NCBI GenBank assembly: GCA_012959275.1
Contig: DUDM01000042.1
Span: 17,018-81,017, forward strand
Direction of reading: 5' to 3'
Length of the DNA: 64,000 bases
Source: Candidatus Poseidoniales archaeon
GTDB taxonomy: Archaea; Thermoplasmatota; Poseidoniia; Poseidoniales; Poseidoniaceae
Shown here: positions 47,045 to 55,838 of the stretch, piece after piece
How positions within the stretch are numbered: position 1 is the first letter of the stretch
Layout of the letters: every line of letters begins with the position of its first letter
Translations under genes and position numbers: made by a program
Notes under the pieces: generated by a model
The model's input: the letters and a program-made list of their open reading frames with translations, nothing else
Databases searched by the model: none
What the model was told of the DNA's origin: nothing

Positions 47045-47938
47045 ATGAGCGAACTGAAGAATCTGTTGGAAGATAAGAGGAAGCTAGTCGATAAGAAAGC
47101 TACCGAATATAGACAGGTTCGAGACGATTGGAACGGCCGTACAAAAGACCATTTGACTGTGCGTAACAACCTCAACGGAGAAGTTCGTGAGTTGATTATT
47201 AATGTTCGTTCACAACGTGAATTAAGAGAGGAAAAGAATACCGAAGTTCGCGATAAAAAACAACTTCGAGCAGACTGCAATAAGTTAGTCAGAGAATCCA
47301 AAGAAAAGTTGGAAGTATTGCGCGGCGGCAGCCAACAAAAAGCCGCTCCCCAACAAGACGGCCACCGAGGTCGCCGTGAAAAGAAAGTGACGGTCCACAG
47401 CCTACGCAGAGATATGCAACGCTTTGAGCGAGAGTTCGAGATGGGGCGCCACACCGGTAAAAACGAGAAGAAAATCATGAAGAAGATGAAGGAGATACGT
47501 TCCCAAATCCGTTCGATGGAACTCTCGGAAGAAGGTAATGAAGAATTGAAGGCAATCCGCGAAGAATTACGCATCGCCATGGAATCCCAAGAAGAAGCAC
47601 ATATCGAAGTCACTAGAGCAGCCGAAGAAGCCCAACAGGCTCACGAGTTGATGATTGTCTGGAATAGCGAGGTAGACAAAAAGCGCGAAGAGGCAGAAGA
47701 TGCCCATCGCCGCCTACGCCGCTCAAAGAAAGAAGCAGACCAAGCCCACCACCACTACATCGTATCCATCCGCTGCCTTCACAGCACTCAGTCCATCCTA
47801 CGCTCAATCCGTGGAATCGAGAGTGGTTCAGCCCCTTCCAAGTCTGCCCGCGAAGAGGTGGCAGACTTGATGAGTAAATTGATGAGTGGTGAGACTCTGA
47901 CAACAGAACAGTTGATGGAGTTGCAGAGATTCGATTGA
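47045..47938 (+). CDS. Archaeal coiled-coil protein (COG1340-like), paralog 4
   Basis: MSELKNLLEDKRKLVDKKATEYRQVRDDWN.., with the central block FEREFEMGRHTGKNEKKIMKKMKEIRSQIRSME and a C-terminal VADLMSKLMSGETLT motif. The ORF stays open from 47018. Confidence 0.65.
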   Translation: MSELKNLLEDKRKLVDKKATEYRQVRDDWNGRTKDHLTVRNNLNGEVRELIINVRSQRELREEKNTEVRDKKQLRADCNKLVRESKEKLEVLRGGSQQKAAPQQDGHRGRREKKVTVHSLRRDMQRFEREFEMGRHTGKNEKKIMKKMKEIRSQIRSMELSEEGNEELKAIREELRIAMESQEEAHIEVTRAAEEAQQAHELMIVWNSEVDKKREEAEDAHRRLRRSKKEADQAHHHYIVSIRCLHSTQSILRSIRGIESGSAPSKSAREEVADLMSKLMSGETLTTEQLMELQRFD

Positions 47939-47953
47939 TTGGAGTTGCCCAAT

Positions 47954-49111
47954 ATGATCAGCCGCGACCAAATCTCCTCGGTCTTGGATGACTATGACAG
48001 ATTGAAGTTGAGAATCGGCATGACAGCGAGTCATTCAGCCCTCGATATCTGCGATGGCGCTATCGAAGAGGGCTTTCCTACCGTAGCATATTGTCAAAAG
48101 GGCAGAGAAAAAACTTACTCTCATTACTTCAAGGCCCAGCGCACAGTTGCAGGTAGAGTCCGCAGAGGAATGGTTGACAAAGCCGTCGTTCTCGATAAAT
48201 TCAGCGATGTCTTAGAGCCTAGTTTTCAGCAAGGAATGAGAGACCGTAATGTGATCTATATCCCAAACCGTTCTTTCACTTCTTATTGTGGAATGGACGC
48301 AATAGAGAATGATTTCAATGTACCAATGTTTGGCAGCCGTAACATGTTGAGAATGGAAGAGAGAACTGAAGAGCAGGATTATTATTGGATTCTGGACAAA
48401 GCCGGACTTCCTTATCCTGAAGCAATCGAAGACCCCCAAGATATCGATTGTCTAGTCATTGTCAAGTTGCACCATGCAGAGAAAAAACTCGAAAGAGGAT
48501 TCTTTACCTGTGCATCTTATGAGGAGTATCAACAGAAGTCTCAAGATTTAATCAAGCAAGGTGTCATCGATGCAGCCAGTTTAGCAGGAGCAAGAATCGA
48601 GCGCTATGTTATTGGACCAGTCTTCAACCTCAACTTCTTTTACAGCCCATTGGAAGAGGAGATGCCAAAACTGGAATTATTGGGAGTTGATTGGAGATTT
48701 GAATCATCCCTAGATGGTCATGTACGCCTACCCGCACCACAACAAATGACCATGCCAGCCCATCAGCAAATTCCAGAAATGACCGTTGTTGGTCATAATT
48801 CAGCAACAATTCGAGAATCTCTTCTTGAAACGGCATTCGAATTGGGTGAAAAGTTCATCAGCGCTAGCAAGGAGCACTATGACCCAGGTATTATCGGCCC
48901 ATTCTGCCTACAAACATGTATCGATAAAGACATGAATTATTCAATATATGATGTTGCACCGAGAGTTGGCGGCGGTACAAATGTACATGTTAGCGTAGGC
49001 CACCCATACGGTAATGCAACTTGGAGAAAACCGATGAGCAGTGGTCGCCGAATTGCCTTGGAACTTCGTAGAGCAGCCGAGCAAGACCGCCTTTTGGAAG
49101 TCCTAACTTGA
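47954..49111 (+). CDS. purP: 5-formaminoimidazole-4-carboxamide ribonucleotide (FAICAR) synthetase PurP
   Basis: RIGMTASHSALDICDGAIEEGFPTVAYCQKGREKTYSHYF matches the PurP N-terminal signature (GSHSAL..GREK.Y). ATP-grasp length. The ORF stays open from TTG 47939. Confidence 0.85.
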   Translation: MISRDQISSVLDDYDRLKLRIGMTASHSALDICDGAIEEGFPTVAYCQKGREKTYSHYFKAQRTVAGRVRRGMVDKAVVLDKFSDVLEPSFQQGMRDRNVIYIPNRSFTSYCGMDAIENDFNVPMFGSRNMLRMEERTEEQDYYWILDKAGLPYPEAIEDPQDIDCLVIVKLHHAEKKLERGFFTCASYEEYQQKSQDLIKQGVIDAASLAGARIERYVIGPVFNLNFFYSPLEEEMPKLELLGVDWRFESSLDGHVRLPAPQQMTMPAHQQIPEMTVVGHNSATIRESLLETAFELGEKFISASKEHYDPGIIGPFCLQTCIDKDMNYSIYDVAPRVGGGTNVHVSVGHPYGNATWRKPMSSGRRIALELRRAAEQDRLLEVLT

Positions 49112-49125
49112 GTAGTATTGGGCTA

Positions 49126-49130
49126 TTTTT
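49126..49130 (+). terminator. T5 tract 15 nt after the purP stop, a possible terminator
   Basis: gggctaTTTTTcc, read directly. Confidence 0.25.
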
Positions 49131-49195
49131 CCATTTCATCCGGCAACAAGATTACCTATGGCATACCGAGGTGAATGGATATGGTCGGAGATTCT

Positions 49196-49279
49196 GACTC
49201 AGCCCCGCCGGCCAGTATCGTCATTGGAAATGATGCTGACTCAGCCCCGCCGGCCAGTATCACCATTGGGAATGATGCT
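49196..49279. repeat. 42-bp tandem direct repeat, two copies, 39/42 identical
   Basis: Copy 1 (49196-49237) is GACTCAGCCCCGCCGGCCAGTATCGTCATTGGAAATGATGCT. Copy 2 (49238-49279) is GACTCAGCCCCGCCGGCCAGTATCACCATTGGGAATGATGCT. Confidence 0.9.
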
Positions 49280-49351
49280 GTATCTATCCCCCAAACTGTA
49301 TTCTCAGCATCGGTATCTACCGAAAATATCGCCTTTTCAGACTCCTCTTTG

Positions 49352-50242
49352 ATGATGCCAGCAAAAGGAAAAATGATGAAAAAACAATTTTTCTTAGGAC
49401 TTCTTTTCCCACTCATAGTTTCTATCCTTTTCGCAATTAGCATTGAATCCTTAACTGAAAGTGATTACCAGGATGGTACATTCGAATCTAATGAACAAGG
49501 AGAATTCAGCATCGATTTGGCAGAGTTAGGATGGAATTGTGATGACGGTTCTTATTATGAAGCTAATCTAAATTGGAATACAAATAATACATCAATTCCC
49601 CATGGTTCTTATTTTGAAGCTTATTATGATTGTATGGGAGATTTAAGATATTATACAAACGAAAACATTGGCACTATCCATGAAAACGGTAGTATAGAGT
49701 TAGATTTATTATACCCCCCAGTTGACGGTTATGATGTAATATTTCATTATTGGAAAGATGGAAACAGCCGTACTGCATTATTGGGCCAAGGAGATGGAGT
49801 CAATACCACTTTCAGTGGAAATGTAGACCCTGATTATTGTGATGGAGATGGAGACTATCGATACTCGCTAGGTGGTAGCTCTAACGATAATTATGGTTGG
49901 TTCAGTACCAATGGAGGGCCACGGCCATGCTCCATATGGGAATCTGGAGACATCATTATTGATAGCGAATTGGAAGATGGAGTTTTGACTTTTAAATTAC
50001 CTGATACCCATTCAAGTGCTAAAGAAATCAACATCAAAATATATTCAGGGTATGACTCCAGCACTGACTTTATCATAGGAGTTCTTCCCTTTCTTGGATG
50101 TCTCGGATTCATCGGGGCAGGAGTAGGTGCTTACATGTCTGGATACAAGTGGTTTGCTTATGGGGTGGGAGCCTCAGTCATCGTGCTTCCTGCAGTTCTT
50201 TTCGTTGTATTTATAGCAGCACTAATGACTTATGGATTCTAA
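49352..50242 (+). CDS. Hypothetical exported/membrane protein
   Basis: The signal/anchor MMPAKGKMMKKQFFLGLLFPLIVSILFAI is followed by an Asn/Asp/Tyr/Gly-rich domain and two C-terminal TM helices. The frame stays open upstream to ATG 49175, through the tandem repeat. Confidence 0.6.
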   Translation: MMPAKGKMMKKQFFLGLLFPLIVSILFAISIESLTESDYQDGTFESNEQGEFSIDLAELGWNCDDGSYYEANLNWNTNNTSIPHGSYFEAYYDCMGDLRYYTNENIGTIHENGSIELDLLYPPVDGYDVIFHYWKDGNSRTALLGQGDGVNTTFSGNVDPDYCDGDGDYRYSLGGSSNDNYGWFSTNGGPRPCSIWESGDIIIDSELEDGVLTFKLPDTHSSAKEINIKIYSGYDSSTDFIIGVLPFLGCLGFIGAGVGAYMSGYKWFAYGVGASVIVLPAVLFVVFIAALMTYGF

Positions 50243-50258
50243 GCCAAAAGGTGAACAC

Positions 50259-50726
50259 ATGCCATTCGCAAACTTAACTTGGCGAGTCACCGCCTCGGGT
50301 CTTGAAGATGAATTGCTCATTGCAGATGCTCTTTCGTGGCTTTGCGGCGAGCCAGAGAGCATTGAACTGGAACGAACAAAATCCTACCACGGCTCCAAAG
50401 TTCACATGATCACTTCCAAAATAACCCGCCGCGGCGCTATCCGCAAAGCAATTTCTAATTTCGGTCCAAACTTGCTGAAGACATTATTGATGCAATTGGA
50501 TTCACGCTTACATGATGATAATGCCCTCTACTTCCGCCTCGACCTTGACAGCCTTATTCGAGGAAAACTCATCCTGAGCGAACCTGGCGGAAAAGCAACT
50601 GTAAAAGCCCGTCTCAAGTTCAAAGCATTCCCTGGTCAAGACACCCAGCAAGTCGTCAAAGATAGTCTTCAATCTCTGCTTGAAAGAGCACAAACTCCTG
50701 CTTTGCCGGATTATGAAGAAGAGTGA
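50259..50726 (+). CDS. Predicted RNA-binding protein (COG1931/DUF54-like)
   Basis: About 155 aa. LEDELLIADALSWL and ALYFRLDLDSLIRGKLIL resemble the TEDxxKV and FYLRxDKQ blocks I recall for this archaeal family. Confidence 0.4.
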   Translation: MPFANLTWRVTASGLEDELLIADALSWLCGEPESIELERTKSYHGSKVHMITSKITRRGAIRKAISNFGPNLLKTLLMQLDSRLHDDNALYFRLDLDSLIRGKLILSEPGGKATVKARLKFKAFPGQDTQQVVKDSLQSLLERAQTPALPDYEEE

Positions 50727-50779
50727 CTCCACAAAGCCTTCATATCAGCATTCTCAATCGGCGCTGTGGAGAGAAGCAG

Positions 50780-51058
50780 ATGACCCACGTAGTAATCTCA
50801 ACATGTGTTGACCACAAGTATCAGGAATGCGTTGCAGTATGCCCAGTAGAGGCATTTAGAGAAGCCGACACCTATCTGGTCATTGACCCTGATGAGTGCA
50901 TAGATTGTGGCGCCTGTATACCAGAGTGCCCAGTAGAAGCAATCTTTGCTGATACTGATGTTCCTGATGAAGAGGAAGCATGGATTGAACGCAATGCTAC
51001 TGAAGCACTGAACTTGGAAGTCGCAACCGGCGATTCACCAGTTCTTGCTGATGATTGA
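50780..51058 (+). CDS. fdxA: 7Fe-type ferredoxin ([3Fe-4S][4Fe-4S], FdxA-like)
   Basis: [56 protein letters not shown] appears collinear, by eye, with Azotobacter-type ferredoxin I. Confidence 0.85.
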   Translation: MTHVVISTCVDHKYQECVAVCPVEAFREADTYLVIDPDECIDCGACIPECPVEAIFADTDVPDEEEAWIERNATEALNLEVATGDSPVLADD

Positions 51059-51102
51059 ATCACCGATTTCCAATACCACTCTTGACTAATAGAGGGATAG
51101 CG

Positions 51103-52095
51103 ATGGCAGTTAATACCGACCTTGAAACAATGTACAAAGGTACTGAATTGATCAAGCGTGGATTTGCTCGCATGCAACAAGGCGGCGTCATCATGGACGT
51201 GGTTACTCCCGAGCAAGCTCAACTTGCAGAAGATGCTGGCGCAACTGCGGTCATGGCTCTTGAGAGAGTTCCTTCTGATATCCGCAAGGATGGCGGAGTT
51301 GCAAGGATGAGTCATCCAGACCTAATTCGTGGTATCATCGAGACCACTTCTATTCCAGTCATGGCAAAGGCGCGAATCGGACACGATATGGAGGCTGCAG
51401 TATTGCAGGAACTTGGTGTTGACATGGTCGATGAATCAGAAGTCCTAACCCCTGCTGACCCATTCTTCCATATTGCTAAGAATGATTTTACCATTCCATT
51501 CGTCTGTGGCGCAACAAACCTCGGAGAGGCGGTTCGCAGAATCCATGAAGGTGCTGCGATGATACGAACCAAGGGTGAAGCAGGAACAGGCAACGTAGTT
51601 GCAGCAGTGACTCACTCACGTATAATCCAGCAAGAAATCGCCCAAGTTCAGGCTATGGATGATGAAAAGTTGGATATCGCTGTTGATATCATCATGGACA
51701 GGTATTACGAATTATCGGAGACTTCTCCACTGCTCGGAGATGTATGTACAACGCCTTTCGGCGACTTGGATGATGAGTTCCATGCTAACATGAAAAATGT
51801 CTTGCTACAAGTAAAGGAAATGGGGAGATTACCCGTCATCACCTTCTCTGCTGGTGGTATTGCAACTCCTGCTGATGCTGCCTTGATGATGAAACATGGA
51901 ATGGATGGAATCTTTGTCGGCTCTGGAATATTCAAATCTCCAGACCCAAAGACTACTGCAGATGCAATAATTATGGCAACTCACCATTTTGATGACCCCG
52001 CTGTAGTTTCTGAGGCTTCAGCCATGATGGGAGAAGCAATGCCAGGTCTGGAATTAGAAGGTCTTGCAACAAGAATGGAAGACCGCGGCGCATGA
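51103..52095 (+). CDS. pdxS: Pyridoxal 5'-phosphate synthase lyase subunit PdxS
   Basis: [63 protein letters not shown] and [11 protein letters not shown]-type blocks. Confidence 0.92.
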   Translation: MAVNTDLETMYKGTELIKRGFARMQQGGVIMDVVTPEQAQLAEDAGATAVMALERVPSDIRKDGGVARMSHPDLIRGIIETTSIPVMAKARIGHDMEAAVLQELGVDMVDESEVLTPADPFFHIAKNDFTIPFVCGATNLGEAVRRIHEGAAMIRTKGEAGTGNVVAAVTHSRIIQQEIAQVQAMDDEKLDIAVDIIMDRYYELSETSPLLGDVCTTPFGDLDDEFHANMKNVLLQVKEMGRLPVITFSAGGIATPADAALMMKHGMDGIFVGSGIFKSPDPKTTADAIIMATHHFDDPAVVSEASAMMGEAMPGLELEGLATRMEDRGA

Positions 52096-52101
52096 CGCCT
52101 C

Positions 52102-52158
52102 TCATATAATTCAAATAGTGGAGGTCGGTCGGCGGCTTGCTCGTAGGGTAGCCCCTAC
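52102..52158 (+). promoter_or_regulatory. AT-rich TATA-like element (TCATATAATTC) and a 6-bp-stem hairpin (GTAGGG-TAGC-CCCTAC) in the S3Ae leader
   Basis: Read directly at 52102-52112 and 52143-52158, roughly 20-80 nt upstream of the rps3ae ATG. Confidence 0.2.
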
Positions 52159-52179
52159 AACAAACTCTGAGGGATCAAG

Positions 52180-53202
52180 ATGGCAAGTCGAAACAGTGCA
52201 AAGGCACGCGCAGCAGCAAGAAAGCAGAAAGACAAGTGGAAGACCAAGCGTTGGTTCACAATCCGTGCACCACGATATCCTTGGGATTTCAAGCGCATCG
52301 GCGAGACTCTCGGAGAAGAAGAAGAACACATCGTAGGACGTACCTACGAAATTACTCAACAAGAATTCGATGGCGACTTCACAAAGATGCACGTCAAAGT
52401 ACGCTTCCGTGTTATTGAGTGTGTTGGCCAAGATGCACTAACTGAATTCATCGGCCACAGTCACCAGTCCGACCACGTTCGCAGGCAAATCCGCCGTTAC
52501 CGTGGAAAAATTGACGATGTTGTTGATGTCGTTACACAAGATGGTTTCTTGGTCCGCTTGAAGCCATTGATGATTACCGAGCGCAGAATCAAATCCAGCG
52601 TCAAGAGTGCAATGCGCTTAGCAGCACGCGATGTCATCCTTACACAATCAGCACGCAAGACCTTTGCCCAGTTGCAAAAGTCTCTACTTGGAACCGAGAT
52701 GGAAGATGAAGTGTCCAAGGCTGTCAGGAAGGTCTACCCTGTTCGCTCTGCGGTTATTCACAAGAGCCAACTATTACAGAGTGGAGTAGTTTCAGAAAGC
52801 GGCCCTACCCTTGATGAAATTCATGCTGATGAAGAGCGAAAGATTGCAGAAACTGCGGCCCGTAAGGCCGCAGCATTGGCAGCAGCCGCTGACGAAGAAG
52901 ACGATGATACTGCAGCAGAAGCAGGAGTACTAGCAGCAGCAGAAGCACTTGAAGATGTATCAGACAAGACACCAGAACCTGTTGAGGAAGTCATAGAAGA
53001 AGAGGCAACTCCAGTAGCGGCACCTGCTTCAGATGATGACTTCTCTACTCTACCAGGCGTAGGTCCAGCATCTGCAAAGAAGTTGCAGGATGCGGGTCTT
53101 GGCTCCTTTGCGGCATTGAAGGATGCTGGTGTTGATGGAATCTCTGAAATAAAGGGAATTTCGGCGGCGCTTGCTGGAAAGATTCTCGATCATCTTTCTT
53201 GA
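52180..53202 (+). CDS. rps3ae: Ribosomal protein S3Ae (eS1) with Ala/Glu/Asp-rich linker and C-terminal (HhH)2 extension
   Basis: KDKWKTKRWFTIRAPRYPWDFKRIGETLG..GRTYEITQQEF..VRFRV is the S3Ae core (about 205 aa). The tail TLPGVGPASAKKLQDAGLGSF..ISEIKGISAALAGKILDHL has two helix-hairpin-helix motifs. Confidence 0.9.
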   Translation: MASRNSAKARAAARKQKDKWKTKRWFTIRAPRYPWDFKRIGETLGEEEEHIVGRTYEITQQEFDGDFTKMHVKVRFRVIECVGQDALTEFIGHSHQSDHVRRQIRRYRGKIDDVVDVVTQDGFLVRLKPLMITERRIKSSVKSAMRLAARDVILTQSARKTFAQLQKSLLGTEMEDEVSKAVRKVYPVRSAVIHKSQLLQSGVVSESGPTLDEIHADEERKIAETAARKAAALAAAADEEDDDTAAEAGVLAAAEALEDVSDKTPEPVEEVIEEEATPVAAPASDDDFSTLPGVGPASAKKLQDAGLGSFAALKDAGVDGISEIKGISAALAGKILDHLS

Positions 53203-53664
53203 GTGGCATTGAAGGACTACGGTCCTCTGCCTGAAGCCATGACAAGACCAACAGACGTCGACCAATGGCTCAATGACGAGGCGGGCGAACGCGTTTTAGC
53301 AGTCAGCGAAACCGATGTTGCAGAGATTCTTTGCGATGGCAGATTCGACACCATGATGGCAAGAACTGCAAGGTTCCACCACAAGCATGCCTTCGCAGAT
53401 AATAACGGTCATGATATGGGCTACCGCCTAACTTTGATGATTGAGGAATTAGGAGAATTAGCAGCCGCAGTTACCAAGGGGAAACCCAAGGCTGACTTAG
53501 AGGAAGAATTGGCAGATGTTTTCATCTTGACTTTAGGCAATGCCTTAGCAATGGAGATAGACCTTGAGAAAGCCTTCCACAAAAAAATGGACACTATTAT
53601 GACTCGACCAAGTCGAAAAGGTAGACTTGGGGTTAGGGTTACTGAGTACGTTCCAGAATCTTGA
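53203..53664 (+). CDS. MazG-like nucleotide pyrophosphohydrolase
   Basis: LMIEELGELAAAV..LEEELADVFILTLGNALAMEIDLEKAF fits the EExxE..ExxD all-alpha NTP-PPase motifs. Confidence 0.7.
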   Translation: MALKDYGPLPEAMTRPTDVDQWLNDEAGERVLAVSETDVAEILCDGRFDTMMARTARFHHKHAFADNNGHDMGYRLTLMIEELGELAAAVTKGKPKADLEEELADVFILTLGNALAMEIDLEKAFHKKMDTIMTRPSRKGRLGVRVTEYVPES

Positions 53665-54112
53665 GAACCCAAGGGTGCTCATCATTTTCACCTTGTTGAG
53701 ATTCCGCTATTGATGAGATTTCCATTTGTGCTGGTATCTCAAAAAATGTGTCCGCACCTTCTATTGTCGTTTGGACTACTGTTAATTCTAATATATCTAA
53801 GTCGAATAGACGGTAAATTTCACCACCTCCAATGATGAATGCCTCATCTACGGCGCCGCAGGCGGTGATTGCAGCGGCAGGACTCCTTGCCATGATTACT
53901 CCCTCGAAGTTTGAGGTCCGGCTGATTACGATGTTTAGTCGTCCAGGCAGAGGCCTGCCAATCGACTCGTAGGTTTTGCGCCCCATGATGATAGGAGCGC
54001 CCATAGTGCGCTGTTTGAAGCGGGCTAGGTCAGAAGGCAATCTCCACGGCAAATCGCCTTGCTTGCCGATGGCCCCGTTCAAATCGCAAGCAACTAAGGC
54101 GACGATTCTCAT
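53639..54112 (-). CDS. folA: Dihydrofolate reductase
   Basis: MRIVALVACDLNGAIGKQGDLPWRLPSDLARFKQRTMGAPIIMGRKTYESIGRPLPGRLNIVISR is the classic FolA N-terminal consensus. Confidence 0.9.
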   Translation of the reverse strand: MRIVALVACDLNGAIGKQGDLPWRLPSDLARFKQRTMGAPIIMGRKTYESIGRPLPGRLNIVISRTSNFEGVIMARSPAAAITACGAVDEAFIIGGGEIYRLFDLDILELTVVQTTIEGADTFFEIPAQMEISSIAESQQGENDEHPWVLKILERTQ

Positions 54113-54123
54113 TATTCCACCTC

Positions 54124-54918
54124 TTAAACTGAAATCGGGGCCTTGATATGTGGGTGATGTTGATAATCTTGAATTTCAAAGTCCTCGTAAGTGAAGTCAT
54201 CGATGTCCATTTTTTCTGGGTTTAGGATTAGTTTGGGTAATCCAAGACATTCTCTTGAGACTTGCAATCGGGCTTGTTCAAGGTGGTTAGCATAGAGGTG
54301 GGCATCTCCAATTGTGTGGATGAAATCACCGACTTCAAGTTCACAGACTTGAGCCATCATGTGGACAAGAATGCTATAGGATGCTATATTGAATGGAACA
54401 CCAAGAAATACATCTGCACTTCTTTGATAAAGTTGACATGATAGTTTTCCATTATTAACATAGAACTGGAAAAAGGCATGACAGGGCATTAATGCCATCT
54501 TGTCCAAGGCTCCTACGTTCCAAGCGGAGACGATTATTCGGCGTGAATCGGGATTATTCTTGATCATCTTGATGGCTTCTGCTATTTGGTCGACGACTTG
54601 CCCACCTTCGGTCTCCCATTTCCGCCATTGTTCGCCATAAACTGGACCCAATTCACCCTCCTCATCTGCCCATGCATTCCAGATTCGAACATCGTGTTCT
54701 TTCAGGTAGGAGATATTTGTCTCTCCCCTCAGAAACCACAATAATTCGTAGATAATCGACTTCATGTGTAATTTCTTGGTAGTGACCATGGGAAAGCCCT
54801 TGGAGAGGTCAAAGCGCATTTGGTGGCCGAAAAGAGATACGGTTCCGGTTCCGGTCCTATCGCCTTTTGGCTGACCCTCGTCGAGGATACGGCGCATCAA
54901 GTCGAGATACTGTTCCAT
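54124..54918 (-). CDS. thyA: Thymidylate synthase (ThyA type)
   Basis: [42 protein letters not shown], and [13 protein letters not shown] (catalytic Cys). The ORF stays open to 54954. Confidence 0.92.
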   Translation of the reverse strand: MEQYLDLMRRILDEGQPKGDRTGTGTVSLFGHQMRFDLSKGFPMVTTKKLHMKSIIYELLWFLRGETNISYLKEHDVRIWNAWADEEGELGPVYGEQWRKWETEGGQVVDQIAEAIKMIKNNPDSRRIIVSAWNVGALDKMALMPCHAFFQFYVNNGKLSCQLYQRSADVFLGVPFNIASYSILVHMMAQVCELEVGDFIHTIGDAHLYANHLEQARLQVSRECLGLPKLILNPEKMDIDDFTYEDFEIQDYQHHPHIKAPISV

Positions 54919-54966
54919 GGTACCGAAGAGTGGTGGCCTTAGCCGGTTCTTCAATTATTGCGAAGG

Positions 54967-55734
54967 CTATGGTGCACCTAACTCTTTGATATCAGCCATG
55001 ATTAGGTCAGTAAAGGCGCGATAAAGAGCAGCGATTGCTGCTTTCTTTTCATCTGCTTCCATTCCAGCAATAGCATCTATATTTTTTTGGCTGACATTTG
55101 TTTGTTCTAAGAATTGATTCCAACTTCGACCATAACCAATGTTGACACGAATCTTTCTCCAAAGGCGGGGAAGTTTGTGGATTTTTGGAGCCATGACCTC
55201 TCTTGTTCCTATTAGAGCCATCGGGGTAACTGGTATTTCAGGGTGGGATGCTGCAAGGCGCGCAACTCCTGTCTTCCCTGCTGCAAGAAATGGCGGCTCT
55301 TTGTTCCGAGAGCGAGTACCTTCTGGAAATAGTCCCAAACAGCGCCCTTCTGCCAATATGTCGCTGGCTCTGGCCAAAGCATCTGCAGCGCCTGATTCTC
55401 GCTCGGTTTTGATTTGACCTGTAGCCTTCATGAAAAAGGAAACTCCCGGGGTGCTGAAGTGTTCATCTTTAGCCAAATAATGCAATTTCTTTCGAACAAC
55501 GCTAACCACAACAACTGGGTCAACATGACTAAGGTGGTTTGCAACGAAAATTCCCGAGCCTTGTTTTGGAATCCGTTCAATTCCATATGGTTTGATTCGG
55601 ATGAAAAATCGGATGATTGGAACAACAGTCCATTGCAAAATGCTGTATGAAAGTGGTGGCTTAAGTGGCTTGCCTGTGCCCTTAATTATGACTGCGTCAC
55701 CCAAACGCAACCATGCATCAGCAGCATCCCCCAT
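54967..55734 (-). CDS. plsC: 1-acyl-sn-glycerol-3-phosphate acyltransferase-like (PlsC family)
   Basis: HX4D motif VANHLSHVDPVVV and block III FPEGTRS. Confidence 0.8.
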   Translation of the reverse strand: MGDAADAWLRLGDAVIIKGTGKPLKPPLSYSILQWTVVPIIRFFIRIKPYGIERIPKQGSGIFVANHLSHVDPVVVVSVVRKKLHYLAKDEHFSTPGVSFFMKATGQIKTERESGAADALARASDILAEGRCLGLFPEGTRSRNKEPPFLAAGKTGVARLAASHPEIPVTPMALIGTREVMAPKIHKLPRLWRKIRVNIGYGRSWNQFLEQTNVSQKNIDAIAGMEADEKKAAIAALYRAFTDLIMADIKELGAP

Positions 55735-55838
55735 AACTTACGGGGGTTGCTTTTCAGTATTCTATGCTGCGGCGCACCATAATCCTTGAAGGCGTTTATT
55801 CCGGTATAGTCTTGAACAGCAGACATTTGGAACAAATC

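Noticed and set aside
47018-47056. C/D-box sRNA (TGATGA at 47019-47024, CTGA at 47052-47055)
   Set aside because: The boxes are only about 30 nt apart, no internal C'/D' boxes were seen, and the D-box candidate lies inside the coiled-coil CDS.
49196-49279. Possible CRISPR array
   Set aside because: There are only two directly abutting 42-bp copies with no spacers, and no cas genes in the window. It is a simple tandem duplication.
51103-52095. Unusual insertion in PdxS (330 aa)
   Set aside because: Archaeal PdxS proteins of about 330 aa with this extra helical segment are, as I recall, normal, so this is not noteworthy.
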